The position numbers and the translations under genes are program-made. Of a DNA stretch of 64,000 bases, positions 52,688 through 64,000 are shown piece by piece. Source of the stretch: Felis catus (lineage: Eukaryota); NCBI RefSeq assembly GCF_018350175.1, contig NC_058368.1:150848001-150912000 (forward strand), given 5' to 3'. The first letter of the stretch is position 1, and the number at the start of each line of letters is the position of its first letter. The notes under the pieces were generated by a model. That model searched no databases. It was not told the DNA's origin and saw only the letters and a program-made list of their open reading frames with translations.

Positions 52688-53492
52688 AGGGGGGTTGGAG
52701 AGCAATACAATGAGAATCATATTTTACATTTTAAAAATGCAAATATGGTGATTATCACATGTGTTTATCTCTGATCATGGCACAAACCGGCCATATCTCC
52801 ATCACCCTCCTAAAGTCTCACATAGCAACAGTTCTCTCAAATACTTCATTGTCTTTTAGTTTAAGTCTCCCACAAAGAGGTTTTTGTTCTTAAATTACAA
52901 GTCATATTTTACTAGCATGTCAATTTAAGTGCTTTCTCTCCATCATATGTCACCCTGTGTAGGTCTGGATTTATTTCTGAGGCCACCGATTTCCCAGTAG
53001 GCAGGATAAGAACATCTCACAAGCTGATGGATACTTCTTCTATCATGGCTTACCACAGGGGTGGTTTGAGGAATAAGAGTAAAATTTTCTGTATTAAAAA
53101 TTGTTTTCTAAAATCATGATATAAAAACCTTGATGTTTATTAATGTGCGTATTATATTTTAAAGGGATTTTCAAAAAAATGAAACATAAAAAATGGATTA
53201 GCACCAAACTACCTGGTATTTTTCCTAGTGTTACAACCTCCTAAGACAGGCCTTTGGGATCTTGATGGTCAAATCTCTCTCTCATCGGCACAATCCTTCC
53301 CATACAGAAACTTCAGGCTTACCTCTGTCATGCTTCTGGAACTAGTAAAGGTGAGAATTCCCATTACCTCATTGGCCATTATTTCCCTCTTTCCTCTCTT
53401 GGAGAAGTCAGGAAGTCACATTTTTGTCCCTCAAGGGTGCGCAGAAGCTGGAAAAGAAAAAATTCACACTACTGTGATAAATACTTTCTTGA

Positions 53493-53701
53493 GGGATGTC
53501 TGGGTGGCTCAGTTGGTTAAGTGTCTGACTCTTGATTTTGACTCAGGTCATGATCTCGTGGTTTGTGAGATCAAGACCCATGTTTGGCTCTGTGCTAACA
53601 GCATGGAGTCTGCTTGGGATTCTCTCTCTCCTCTCTGCCCCTCCCCAACTCACGCTCTCTCTCTCTCCTTCTCTCTCTCTCAAAATAAGTGAACTTAAAA
53701 A
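53493..53701 (+). mobile_element. Can-SINE
   Basis: TSD aaatactttcttga at 53479-53492 and 53702-53715. Confidence 0.94.
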
Positions 53702-53867
53702 AAATACTTTCTTGAAAACTTATTACCTGCTTCTTTTCCTTCCCAGTAACTCATACTCATCCTCTCTCATTTGGCATTGGCCTCACCTACAAATACAGTT
53801 TTCAGACCTGTTCCTACTCAGAGAAACCTGCTGAAACTGATGTCTATCCAAAGACTTGGAAGTTTAA

Positions 53868-54052
53868 CCAGGTTTGTGGTGATAAATTTTTAACAATCTG
53901 TTCTGGAGTGGGATGAGCCAGGGTGAGGGAGGCCTGACTTACAACATTTGCCATTTCTGTAGTGTCAGAACTCCCACTCTGGCTGGAATTGAAAAGAGGT
54001 GATACCATTTGGCCCACGCAAACCAGTACAGGCAGGCTCCAGCACACCACTG
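53868..54052. mobile_element. MER63-like hAT DNA transposon
   Basis: Ends in gctccagcacaccactgg, with a degenerate inverted counterpart ccaggtttgtggtg...aaatttttaacaa at the left end. Confidence 0.55.
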
Positions 54053-54929
54053 GAACTCTCAGCTTATGAGAGCCAAACCAAAGACATTTCCAATATATAT
54101 TTCTAGTATATAAATTTTGAATGCAAAAACACTGTAAATTGTTTTCTAGACCTAACACAGGTTAATGCTATTAGCTACTATTTATATCAAATCCATCACC
54201 TCTCAACGTGACTGCATTAAGCAGCACCCCTGTTTACCCATTAGCTGTATTACAATTGTCCCATTGCTAAGATTATTTCAAATTAAAGCAGACAAAGTGT
54301 TTGAAAAATATACATTCAGGAATAACCCTGAGTTGAAGGAAATAGATAAATTGTGGGAGGAAATTGCCTGATTAGCAAATAAGAGTTCCCAGGTTGTATT
54401 TCCTGATGTGTAATATTAGTAGGATAATTGCGCACAATAAATTTTTCTTTGAGACAAAATGAAGTAATTCAAAATCATTAAAATTTTGAAATTTATAACT
54501 TATCATTTATAGCTCAAATTCGTCCTCCTCCATGAGGACCTTCTACCACATCCTGACACAAAAAGGCTTTACTTCACCACCCAGGTGATATATGCTTAGA
54601 GGTCATGGCAAGCCAGGTATCTTTTGGATCCTCAACAAAATTCAACATTCAGTAGTCTGTTGATTGACTGATTTTAACTAAATTTGAAGGGTTTTGACTG
54701 AAACAAGTAGTTCTCTTAATTCACAGATGAGGTTTCTTTATTTTTTTTTCTAAACTAAAAGCTAGGACATATATGATGACAATTCTTTCTGATCTGAAAA
54801 TTTCTTTATATGGAAAGTTTAAAAAATGTATAAAGCACAAATTACATTTAGTCATTTGTTAACACAAAATAGTCTTTCCTGAAAAGAATGGAAGTTATAC
54901 TATTAATATGGAAAATATAGGGTAGGTAG

Positions 54930-55500
54930 GATTCTAGTCATTTACTGCTGTGTAACAAATTGTCACAAAACTTAATGTAAAGCAACAACACTCCTGGGGC
55001 CCCTGGCTGGCTCAATCAGTAGAGCACGTGACTCTTGACCTCTGGGTCTTGAGTTCAAGCCTCATGTTGGGCTCAGACTTTACTTAAAGTCAACAACAAA
55101 AAGCAACAACACTCCTTTATTAACTCTCAGCATTCAGGTGGATGGTTCTGGTTTGGGATCTCTCTTCTCCAAGTGCAAGCACATGATGGCCGCAGCTGAG
55201 ATAGCTTGACCAAGGGATGCTGGCTGAGCAGCTCTTCATCTGTTCCTAGTCTCAGGTCCTCTCCATGTGGTCTCCCCAGCAGAGGGCACTCGGGGTAGCC
55301 ATATTTCCCACATGGTGGATCAGCAAGTCTTAAGTTGAGCATCTTGAAGTAAACTGGAAGAAGCTGCATGGACTTTCCTTACCTAATTTCAGAGACCACA
55401 CAACCTTCAATCTGCCATATTTTCTTAGTTAAAGCAGTCTTAATCAAAGGGAGAGGGGAACAGACTCTCCCTCTATTGTTATTTTTTTTTTCTTAAAGAA
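54930..55500 (-). mobile_element. MaLR LTR (MLT1-like), split by a short SINE
   Basis: tactgctgtgtaacaaattgtcacaaaacttaatg...ctctccatgtggtctcc...ctgccatattttcttagttaaagcagtc...caaagggagagggga. Confidence 0.75.
54996..55099 (+). mobile_element. Short tRNA-like Can-SINE lacking the (CT)n body
   Basis: A box tggctcaatcagtag, B box gagttcaagcc; TSD aaagcaacaacactcct at 54979-54995 and 55100-55116. Confidence 0.88.
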
Positions 55501-55519
55501 TAATGGATGTGCAATAAAC

Positions 55520-56890
55520 TGAAGTGAACTTTTTGATGTTTTGATAAATGTATAAACCCATAAAACAATCACCACCACCAAGGTAATGAACTTACCCATC
55601 ACTCTTGCAAGCTTTCTCATACTCCTCGGCAATACCCCCTCCCTCATTTCCCCCCCAGTCGCAGGCACTACTAATGTGTTTTCTATCACTGTTGATTCGT
55701 TTGCATCTTCTGGATTTTTATATAAATTAAGTCCTACAAGATGTGCTCTTTATATGGCATATTTCCCTCAGTATAAGTACTTTGACATTTATCCATGTTG
55801 TTATACATATCAATAGTTCACAACAATGTTGTGCATAACAATAGTTATTCCCTCCTGTGAATATTCCACAATTTATTTATCCATTCATATGTTATAGATA
55901 TTTGGGTTGTTTCCAATTTGGGGTTTAACAAACAAAGCTGCTATGAACATTTGTATACAAGTTTTGGTATAGATGTACATTTTCATTACTCTGGGATAAA
56001 TGCCCAGGTGTGTGGTTGTTGGGTCATATGCTAACAGCATGGTTAGCTTTTTAAAAACTACTACTGTACCATTTTAAATTCCCACCAGCGGTGTATGAAT
56101 AATCTAGTTTCTCCATATCTAGCATTTGATGCTATCACTATTTTCATTATTTTAGTCATTCTGATCAATGTACTCATTGTAGTTTTAATTTGTATTTCCC
56201 TAATGGATATTAAACATCTTTTCATGTGCCTATTTGCCATCTCTGTATCTTCTTCAGCAGAATGTCTACTTATATCTTTTGCACATTTTCTAATTGATTT
56301 TTTTTTTACTGTTGAGTTTTAAGAGTTCTTTAGATAGCATATACAAGTCAGTTGTCAGATTTAAATTAGCCTTAAAATAAATGAAATAAAATATTCATGA
56401 AATAGACATTTCTAGTGCTTTTCATTTCCATGTAGACTTATTTTCTTTCTTCCTTAAGGCATTTCTTTACCATATCTTGTAGTGTGGGGTCTGCAGGTCA
56501 TTTTGTATGTCTGAAACAACTTTATCTTTTAAAGCTATTTTTGCTGGGTATAGAATTTTAGGTTACCAGACTTCTCCATTCCTTTGTTACTTTGTTCCTT
56601 CACTTCTCTTTCTTTCTTCCTCTTTCTTTCTTCTCTTTCTTTCTCTTTCCCTTTTTTCTCTTTCTCTCCCTTTCTTTCTCCCTTCCTCTCTCTCTCTCCC
56701 TTCCTTCCTTCAAACTGCAAAGATGCTGCTTCACTGTTTTCTGTTGGATTGCTTCCAAAGAGAAATCTACTGTCATCCTCTATATAATATACTTTTCCTC
56801 TATATAATATACTTTTCTTCACTGACTGTTCTAAGAATTTTTATTTACCACTGGTTTTGAGCAATTTGATTATGATGTGCCTTAGTGTGG
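55520..56890 (-). mobile_element. Old L1M fragments
   Basis: atttatccattcatatgttatagatatttgggttgtttccaatttgggg...gctatgaacatttgtatacaag and catcttttcatgtgcctatttgccatc. Confidence 0.7.
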
Positions 56891-59800
56891 TGAGGGACAT
56901 GCCCATCTCTAACTCAAACATTGGCAAAGGAGAATAGAATTATAATGAAAAATTTAGACCGACCATGATTCATTTCATGGATATGTGCTCACTCTCTCTA
57001 TGCCCTTTTTTCCATGATAACTGGAAAAGAAACCAGAGTTTTATTAGTGAATAAAAGAAAGAAAAACTTGGAAAAGCAGAGTAGAGGCTTAAGCTTGATT
57101 ATATCAAAGAACAGGATAGAAATCAATTAAGAGATCTTATATTTCTAAATGTACACATCATGTAATAAGAAATAATCACCCTGGGAATGACATATTTGTT
57201 TAACTGGCTTGAGATTAGAGAGTCAGGAGTATATGTACATAAAGTAAATATCTTAGGCATCCAGGAAGAATTAGGGCTGGGTAGGAAAGAAGTAAGCTCT
57301 GCGTGTGTAATGACAGTGGGCCTTAGTTTACATATTTTGTATAAAGAGATTTTTCTACTGTCAGAAAAGCACTTGATGACATTCTAAAGGAAGGTGAGCA
57401 ACGCAACGGGCAGCATTACAATCTCAAATCAAAGTTTTAAAGAGGCACCCTGACTTTCATTCAGTTCCTCAAATGGTGCCAGTACACAAGATGAACACAG
57501 TGTTGGGTCCATCCTCTGTGTGTCCCTAGCAATTCATCAGAGAACTTCAGGGATGAAGAAGCAACCTATATGAGAGTCCCACAGGTCACTGCATTTAAGA
57601 ATTCTGTCTTAGCCAGCAAAAAGCAAAATCCTTCATGAAGGTGGGAGTTTCACAGCCAGACTCAACACCATAATCTAACAAAACTGATGGTTTTTATCAA
57701 AGTCTTAGTTATACTTCTTCATAATAGTAAGATAATGAGAAAATAAAGACATAAGAGTACGTCAGAAAACATCATTCATGTACTCCACTCATTTCATTTC
57801 TGAAAGAATTATCTAAAAGGGGAAAAAAGTGCACCCATAAAGATTGGATAGGCCCAAATTTGGCTACGAACGACAGTTTCACTAAAGGACAGTGCTCCTG
57901 TAAAAAAGAACTTAGAACAGAGTCATAATTCTTCTATTCATGTCCTTCTGATATTTGACTATGGGTTGTGACTTGATGGCAAGTGAGAAATTTTAGGTTC
58001 TTACTTAAGTTATTCTGAAACTAGCATATCAGGAATCCACCAATTCCATGTACTTCCAGTAATAAACAACATTTGTGAACCTCTTCGGTGGCTCAGTGAG
58101 TAGAGACTTCTCTGCTCACAGAAGATGTTACACATCTCTCTGTTAACTCTGAAATCCAAATACAAAATCCAGACTTCATGAATATTACCATATGGTTTTG
58201 TAACACTCCCTGAGCCACTTTGGTTCTATAACCAAAAGACTAGAATACACTTTCCTGTATGAGATTTTTTGCATGAAAAATGCAACATAGATATATGATG
58301 CCACTTTCACATTACTTTTTTTTATAAGCACTAGAGTGAAAATGATGAACAGAATCCCTCCTATCAATCTGACATAGTCTTCATTTAACCATTTGAAGAC
58401 ACCAAAGCAAGAGAAAGGTCATAATCAAAAACATGGCATAGTATTTTTATCTGACCAGCGAACTGTGTTGCTCTGGTTCACACTGAGAACCGTGACCCAG
58501 CTGAAGAAGAGTGTCACACTTAAAATCTGGTTTGCAATGTGTCTTTCATTTCAGCAAATGACCTCCTTTCTGCTACGTATCAAAGAAGCTGTAAAGGGTC
58601 AGCTGACCTCTTAAAAGTGGGCGAGACAAAAGTCAGTGCTGCCACATGGGCAGCAGGGTTTCCAAGTCAGATCCTTTCCCCTAAACTGCAATGCGGTAAA
58701 TCAGTCTACAGCACCTGGGTAGGGGACAACCTGGCCTTTCGGTTTGTGTGTCATTTGGGACAGTTTTAATAACAAAAAGGTAGGGGTTTTGCAAACCGCT
58801 CAAATCAAATGGAGAGTGAAAGAGAGCACTACTAATAGTTATATAAAAACAACAGACATAACTGAGGCGTATCCTGAACAAACAGGGGCATATAGTCACC
58901 CTGTTCCCTATAAAATGAGGGCAGAATTTTAAGAACCGTAAGTAAAATGCAAAGTATAACTACAAAGACTCTGTACGCGGTGGTCATTGCATTGTCACAG
59001 ACACACAGATGAGTATGCATGTGGGAATCCCCTTCTACGACAGCACTGGTTGATGTCATTTTTGTCGTTTTCACAGGAGGCACAAAGTGTAGATGGGAGA
59101 GAACGCTTCTACAAATAGCAAAGGGGCTTCTGCAAATAATTATAATGCGAGATTACTCTGGGATAAAATGATACTTGAGGACAGAGCAGGTTAGGAGGTT
59201 TTCATTTGCTGCCTTCCTCTGGTCACTTGTCCGTTTTCTGATGGTTCCCAACACAGGGGGAAAAAAGGATCTGTCCAGAGCTAGAGAGTCTGTCCTTGTT
59301 CCAACTGCGAGTCTCTCGTGGGAATGAGAGGTCCTGAGACTCCCCCAACCAAACAGGGCATCCCTGGGGGGCTTCCATCCAGAGTTATTTCAGTGAGCTC
59401 AGACTTTTTATAACTAAAACCTTTTCCAAGGATGAAGTAATCCAGGAGTTAATTCTTGTCTTAAACCCTTTAAATGTAAAACACAAATGAATACTAATTG
59501 AGAAATGTATTTAGCAAATATTTGGGGAAGAAAAAACAAACTGTTTTTTATTGGTGTTATTGGTGTTGTTGTTATTGTTGTTGTTGTTGTTGAAATGTTT
59601 CCCACTCCTCAAAAAAAAAAAAGAGGGGCGCGGGTATGGGGGCAGAACAGAAAAAAGGAGAAAAGTGGCTTCGGCTCAGTGAAACACTAAAAAATGCACA
59701 TGAATCAATTATGAAAAAGAGAAGGTCCCTTTGAATGAGGAAAAGCTGATTGGAATTAAGATAGGCTTTGTTCCTATCTGCAAGGTACAAGGAGGGGACT

Positions 59801-61949
59801 TTTCAGCGGAACAGAAAAGGGGGATTTGGGACTGTTTGGCTGCTTAATGCCATAGTGCTTCAGAGCCCATGTGAAAATTTGCTGCTGGCTATTAATCATC
59901 ATTGTGCCCCTGCAAAGAAGCTGTTACAATGATGACTATATGTCATTATATTCCCACTGTAAGTAACGAATCAGAGAGCTGGGAAAGTTGGATAAGAGCG
60001 GCTGGCAAACTTTTAAGCGGTCGAATCTATTTAAATAAATTTACATCACATTTGCTACTTTCTCTGGTATGGGAATCATACTTTAAAATGAAACAATATG
60101 CGGTGTTCATGGGGCCTGGTCTTTTATTCCCCTGTCTCTGAGCCTACTTTCCAGGTCAGCCTTTGCCAGCGCTGACAGCACGCTTTTCTCATAGCCTCTC
60201 CTTCTCATAGCCTTTGGTTGCTTTCAAGTTCAATTTAGCACAATAAAGTTGTTATGCATGACAGTTTGGAGAGCAGAATAGGTGGTGTCTGAGCCCGCTG
60301 TGTCGCTACAAAGTGGGTCCATTCTCTGTGGGCCGGCTCAGTTACTGGAGCCTTACTGGTGGGATACAGCCATGGACTTCCAGACGTTCCCATCCTGACG
60401 AAAACAATTAGCTTCAAACTGCACGAAGCCGTGGGGTCAGCCTGTCTTTGACTGAGACTGCGCCATTTAATATGCTGCAGTGGATTTCAAATTTATGTTG
60501 ATTTATCCTGTTGTGCTCCTCTTTTATGCGCTTTATTTACAGATGTGTAAAGAACAGGGAAAGTTGGAGTCCCACATGCTTCAAGAGTTTTATTAGAAAT
60601 CGAAACCATTGTTTTATGTTTATTTTATAAAGAAATAGAGTTGAAACGTGTCAGGCTTAATTCCATTAGGCTGAACTGCCCAGAACAGAGCCCTGGGGTT
60701 TGGAAGACAGGATCTGAAAGGAAGTGTCTCCTTGGCTAAGCATCATCAACAAGCCAAACAACAAACAACGCTCAACCACCACCATTGTCAGGATAGTTTT
60801 CTATTGTGGGAGATTACCCCTCCAAAATCCCTCTCTGACCTAAAAGTGACACATCTCTTCATGGAAGCAAAATGTAATTTTTCAACCATTACAGGCCACC
60901 ATGTGTATTTGCGTATGTGCATATGGATGTATCAGACCAATTAGTGTTTAGTATTCATTGACGTCCACCCAAGTGCTTACCGTCCTTAGAAATATGATAC
61001 AACGTTCTGCTGTCAGAAGACAAATATTACTTGATTTTGACACTGTAGACTTGTCCTCATGCAGAGAATATAACCTCTCCTCCTATTCCTCTGAAGAGAA
61101 TCCTGTAAAAGCAAATTTAGGTGTATTCTGAATTTTACCAGCAGACTGGTCTAGGCCAGATGTCTTCAGTCTCTGAGCTCTCCTAGTAAAATAAATCACA
61201 GTTGTCTTGATTACTGATCTCCCTAATTATAGGGTACAACCACCAAATAAGCCTCCTTCTAGATTAGAAATTAACTGAAAGCATATCTTAAAAGCATATT
61301 TCACTTTCTTAAAAGAGTTTATTATTTTTCTGTAAGCTATTTGTAAGACTTATATTTTTTTTCACCAAAATGGGTGAAATACTGACAGCAACCATGCCAC
61401 ATAATATTTGCTTTAACTATGTACTAGTAGAGAAGAGTAAAAATAAAAATTACACAGGGGGAGAGTTTCCCAAAAATAATTTTGGTTTTTAATAGATAAT
61501 TTAATATAATTTCAAAATGTTCTTGACCAAGGTACATCATGAAAAGTAAAAATACACATCTAGTTTTAGCAAAGTTTGAAAATGAAAGTCAGTTGTCCTG
61601 CTCACCACTCGCCTTCTGCTATTATTTGGTGTCATTTTTAGTAAGGTCCAATTTAGGATAGTTTTTGGAAATAGACCTGGACAGACAAAAAAAAAAGGCA
61701 TTATGAGGGAAAGTAAAAGTGTCTATGACAAAAGCACTATATCCTTTATAATTTTCAAGTGGAATAATTTCTTTGTCATTTAAATGAGTGAATACTCAAA
61801 AAATGGAAAAAGATATTTTACAGATAACTTTGCATTTAAATAGTCTTATTTTTCTAGAAGAAATATGTTGTAAGCATATTAAAAATTCCTCCATACAAGA
61901 GTGGTGAGAATAGAGAATGGTTAGATGTTAGGTAGGATATGCCTGGAAG

Positions 61950-61952
<3 letters not shown>

Positions 61953-61998
<46 letters not shown>
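61953..61998 (+). repeat. (CA)n microsatellite
   Basis: Read directly. Confidence 0.98.
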
Positions 61999-62000
<2 letters not shown>

Positions 62001-62584
62001 ACAAAATATGCAGAAGTGTACTGTCGTACAGACTATAAACTTAACCTACATGTCTGCACCTAAAATCTGAAAATATAGGGTAACTTACTATAAAGTTTAT
62101 TTCCTCATCTCAAAAGAAATTTCCTCGAAAAAAAGTGTTAAATTAACAAAAATAAATGAAAGTTTTGGAAGGGAGCTTGAATGATTATAAGATAATTTTA
62201 TATAATATTTACAGAGACCCAGAATTTTGGACTGACAGATTTCTCTTCATATTCTTTACCTGAGGAAAAAAAATCCAGTAGAAATGTTGTAAATAAGCTG
62301 ACCATTGTCATTTATTAGTGAAGTTGCTTCTATTAAGCTGATATGGAAGGCATCTGATAGAGAAGATGATCGATCTTCAATGTTCTCTAGGAGCACAGGA
62401 AAGACACGAAAAGAAGGTCAAAATGAAAAGCTCATTGTAGGGAATCAATCTGGAAAAAATAAAGTGAGGCATTATAAAGGAGAAGGAGAATGGCAATATT
62501 CACCATAAATGGCATCAGTAATATCTGCCAGATTTTACCAAAGTTCTTTGGCTGAAGTAAGTATTTATGCAGTTTAAGCTTCAG

Positions 62585-62795
62585 GAGAATATAGTCTTGA
62601 GTTTAAATCGCAGCGTTACTACTTGCTTTGTAGCCTCAGGTAAGTTTTAAAGAATCTTGGAACTTCTCTCTTCATATTCATAACATAAAATAATAATAAT
62701 CCCCACATATAAAGGGTTGTTGTACAGACTAAACAACATAGGTTAAGTGCCCAGTATAACATCTGTAATGTAGTAGATATCCTATAAATATTGCT
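62585..62795 (+). mobile_element. MIR
   Basis: gtcttgagtttaaatc...ctacttgctttgtagcctcaggtaag...ataataataatcccc...agggttgttgt...gtagatatcctataaatattg. Confidence 0.6.
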
Positions 62796-64000
62796 TCCCT
62801 TTATCGCTTCAATTTTTTTATATAGCTCTTGTAATTCTCATCCTCCCATTGCCCTACTATCAATAATAAGTCAAAATTCCTGACGTGAAATCTTACAGAA
62901 ATAGAGACAGTGTTTGTAACCAATATTAACGTAATGGATTCCTGATGGTTTGGACCTGAGACATATCACTCATTTTTATCTAGTGTGTATTTAGCCTTTG
63001 CTTATCCTAGTTTGATCACTGAATAATTAATAAAGACCTGAAGAAAGTTGCTCAATACCATGGCAATGGTACTTTCCCTTATATGGACATGGGTTTGAAG
63101 AGACAACTTTCTGATAACTACAAGATAATCTCCACAAGAAGTCTCCCAGGACCTTAGACAGAAATCTGAGATGCCAAAAGGAAAAAGACCCATAGTATTC
63201 TAAGAAAGAATTCTGCTTGTGATTACTCCTGCTGCCCCAAAATAATATGCTTTGTCCAAATAATGCTTTGGTCATCATGAAAAAAATGAGTGACTTCATT
63301 GACCTAACATTCATTTACTTATAAAACAAATTCTCAGAGGCAGAGAGTCATGCTTCCTAAGTAACAAACTTCATTCTGGTGAAAAATCATGGAATTTGGA
63401 TGAGTTTGACAGTGAGGGGAGGGACACGGGGAGAACGAGGATCTTTTCTCATTGCTTGAACTTTGCTTCACCAACATAACACTTGAAAGTATTTGGAAAA
63501 ACTTAAGGCAAAACTTTTGGAAGAAGATGTTCCACTTCTACTTGTTATACATGGTAGGTTTTCCAGGTACTAGCAATGATCTTAACCAAGGCGTTGGCCA
63601 CAATTGTTTTTCCTAGTATACTGCCGCCTCATTGAATCCTTACTTTAATACCAGCCTTATTTGAGACACTGCAGCGTGTTTTGTAGAATTAAATAGGCAT
63701 ATGGAATTAATATTAATTGAATCGCAAAAATGGACTCAATTTTATGTTGGAGATGCCATATATGATGGAAGCATGATAAACATTTTTTACTAAACGTAGC
63801 ACATAGACATATTGATCTTTTTTTTCCAAAGTCTATTATTTTTAATGTCAGTTGATCGCGCTCCTTAATGAAATGGTTTCTGCATATTTAAAATATGCAA
63901 ACATGAACTAGCGTGCTAAGTTGACTTTTAAACACATCTTTCTTTACAAACAGTGGTAGAACACCAAGAAAAGATTAGCTACATTATATTTCTGCCTAGA

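Noticed and set aside
53228..53692. 154-aa ORF, the longest in the window
   Set aside because: The C-terminal part is Can-SINE read-through and the start codon is not ATG.
58085..58110. ggtggctcagtgagtagag resembling a tRNA/SINE A box
   Set aside because: No B box, cloverleaf, tail or TSD.

Overview
This is non-coding mammalian DNA, most likely from a felid (cat family). It carries 27 Can-SINEs, four of them young feline-type copies, plus carnivore-type L1s. I found no intact protein-coding gene, RNA gene, CRISPR array or convincing exon; the ORF track is mostly SINE, L1 and microsatellite read-through. The main structure is a multi-layer retrotransposition nest at ~19.4-27.6 kb. A degraded, near-full-length minus-strand L1 carries an RPL9 processed pseudogene in its 3' UTR, bounded by a 13-bp target-site duplication (TSD). 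The pseudogene was then hit by two head-to-head SINEs and a young L1 3' fragment whose insertion coincides with loss of the RPL9 C-terminus. A second L1 at 28.4-30.0 kb is 5'-inverted (twin priming) and sits inside a MIR. Older repeats (MaLR/ERVL LTRs, hAT MERs, MIR, L2, L1M) fill the middle. Both ends (~0.5-8.4 kb and ~57-64 kb) are poor in recognisable transposable elements (TEs), and the right end has a cluster of four CSL/RBPJ-type motifs. I see no evidence for a new biological system; the findings are retrotransposition events and candidate regulatory DNA. Repeat subfamily names come from recognition by eye and need RepeatMasker/Dfam confirmation.
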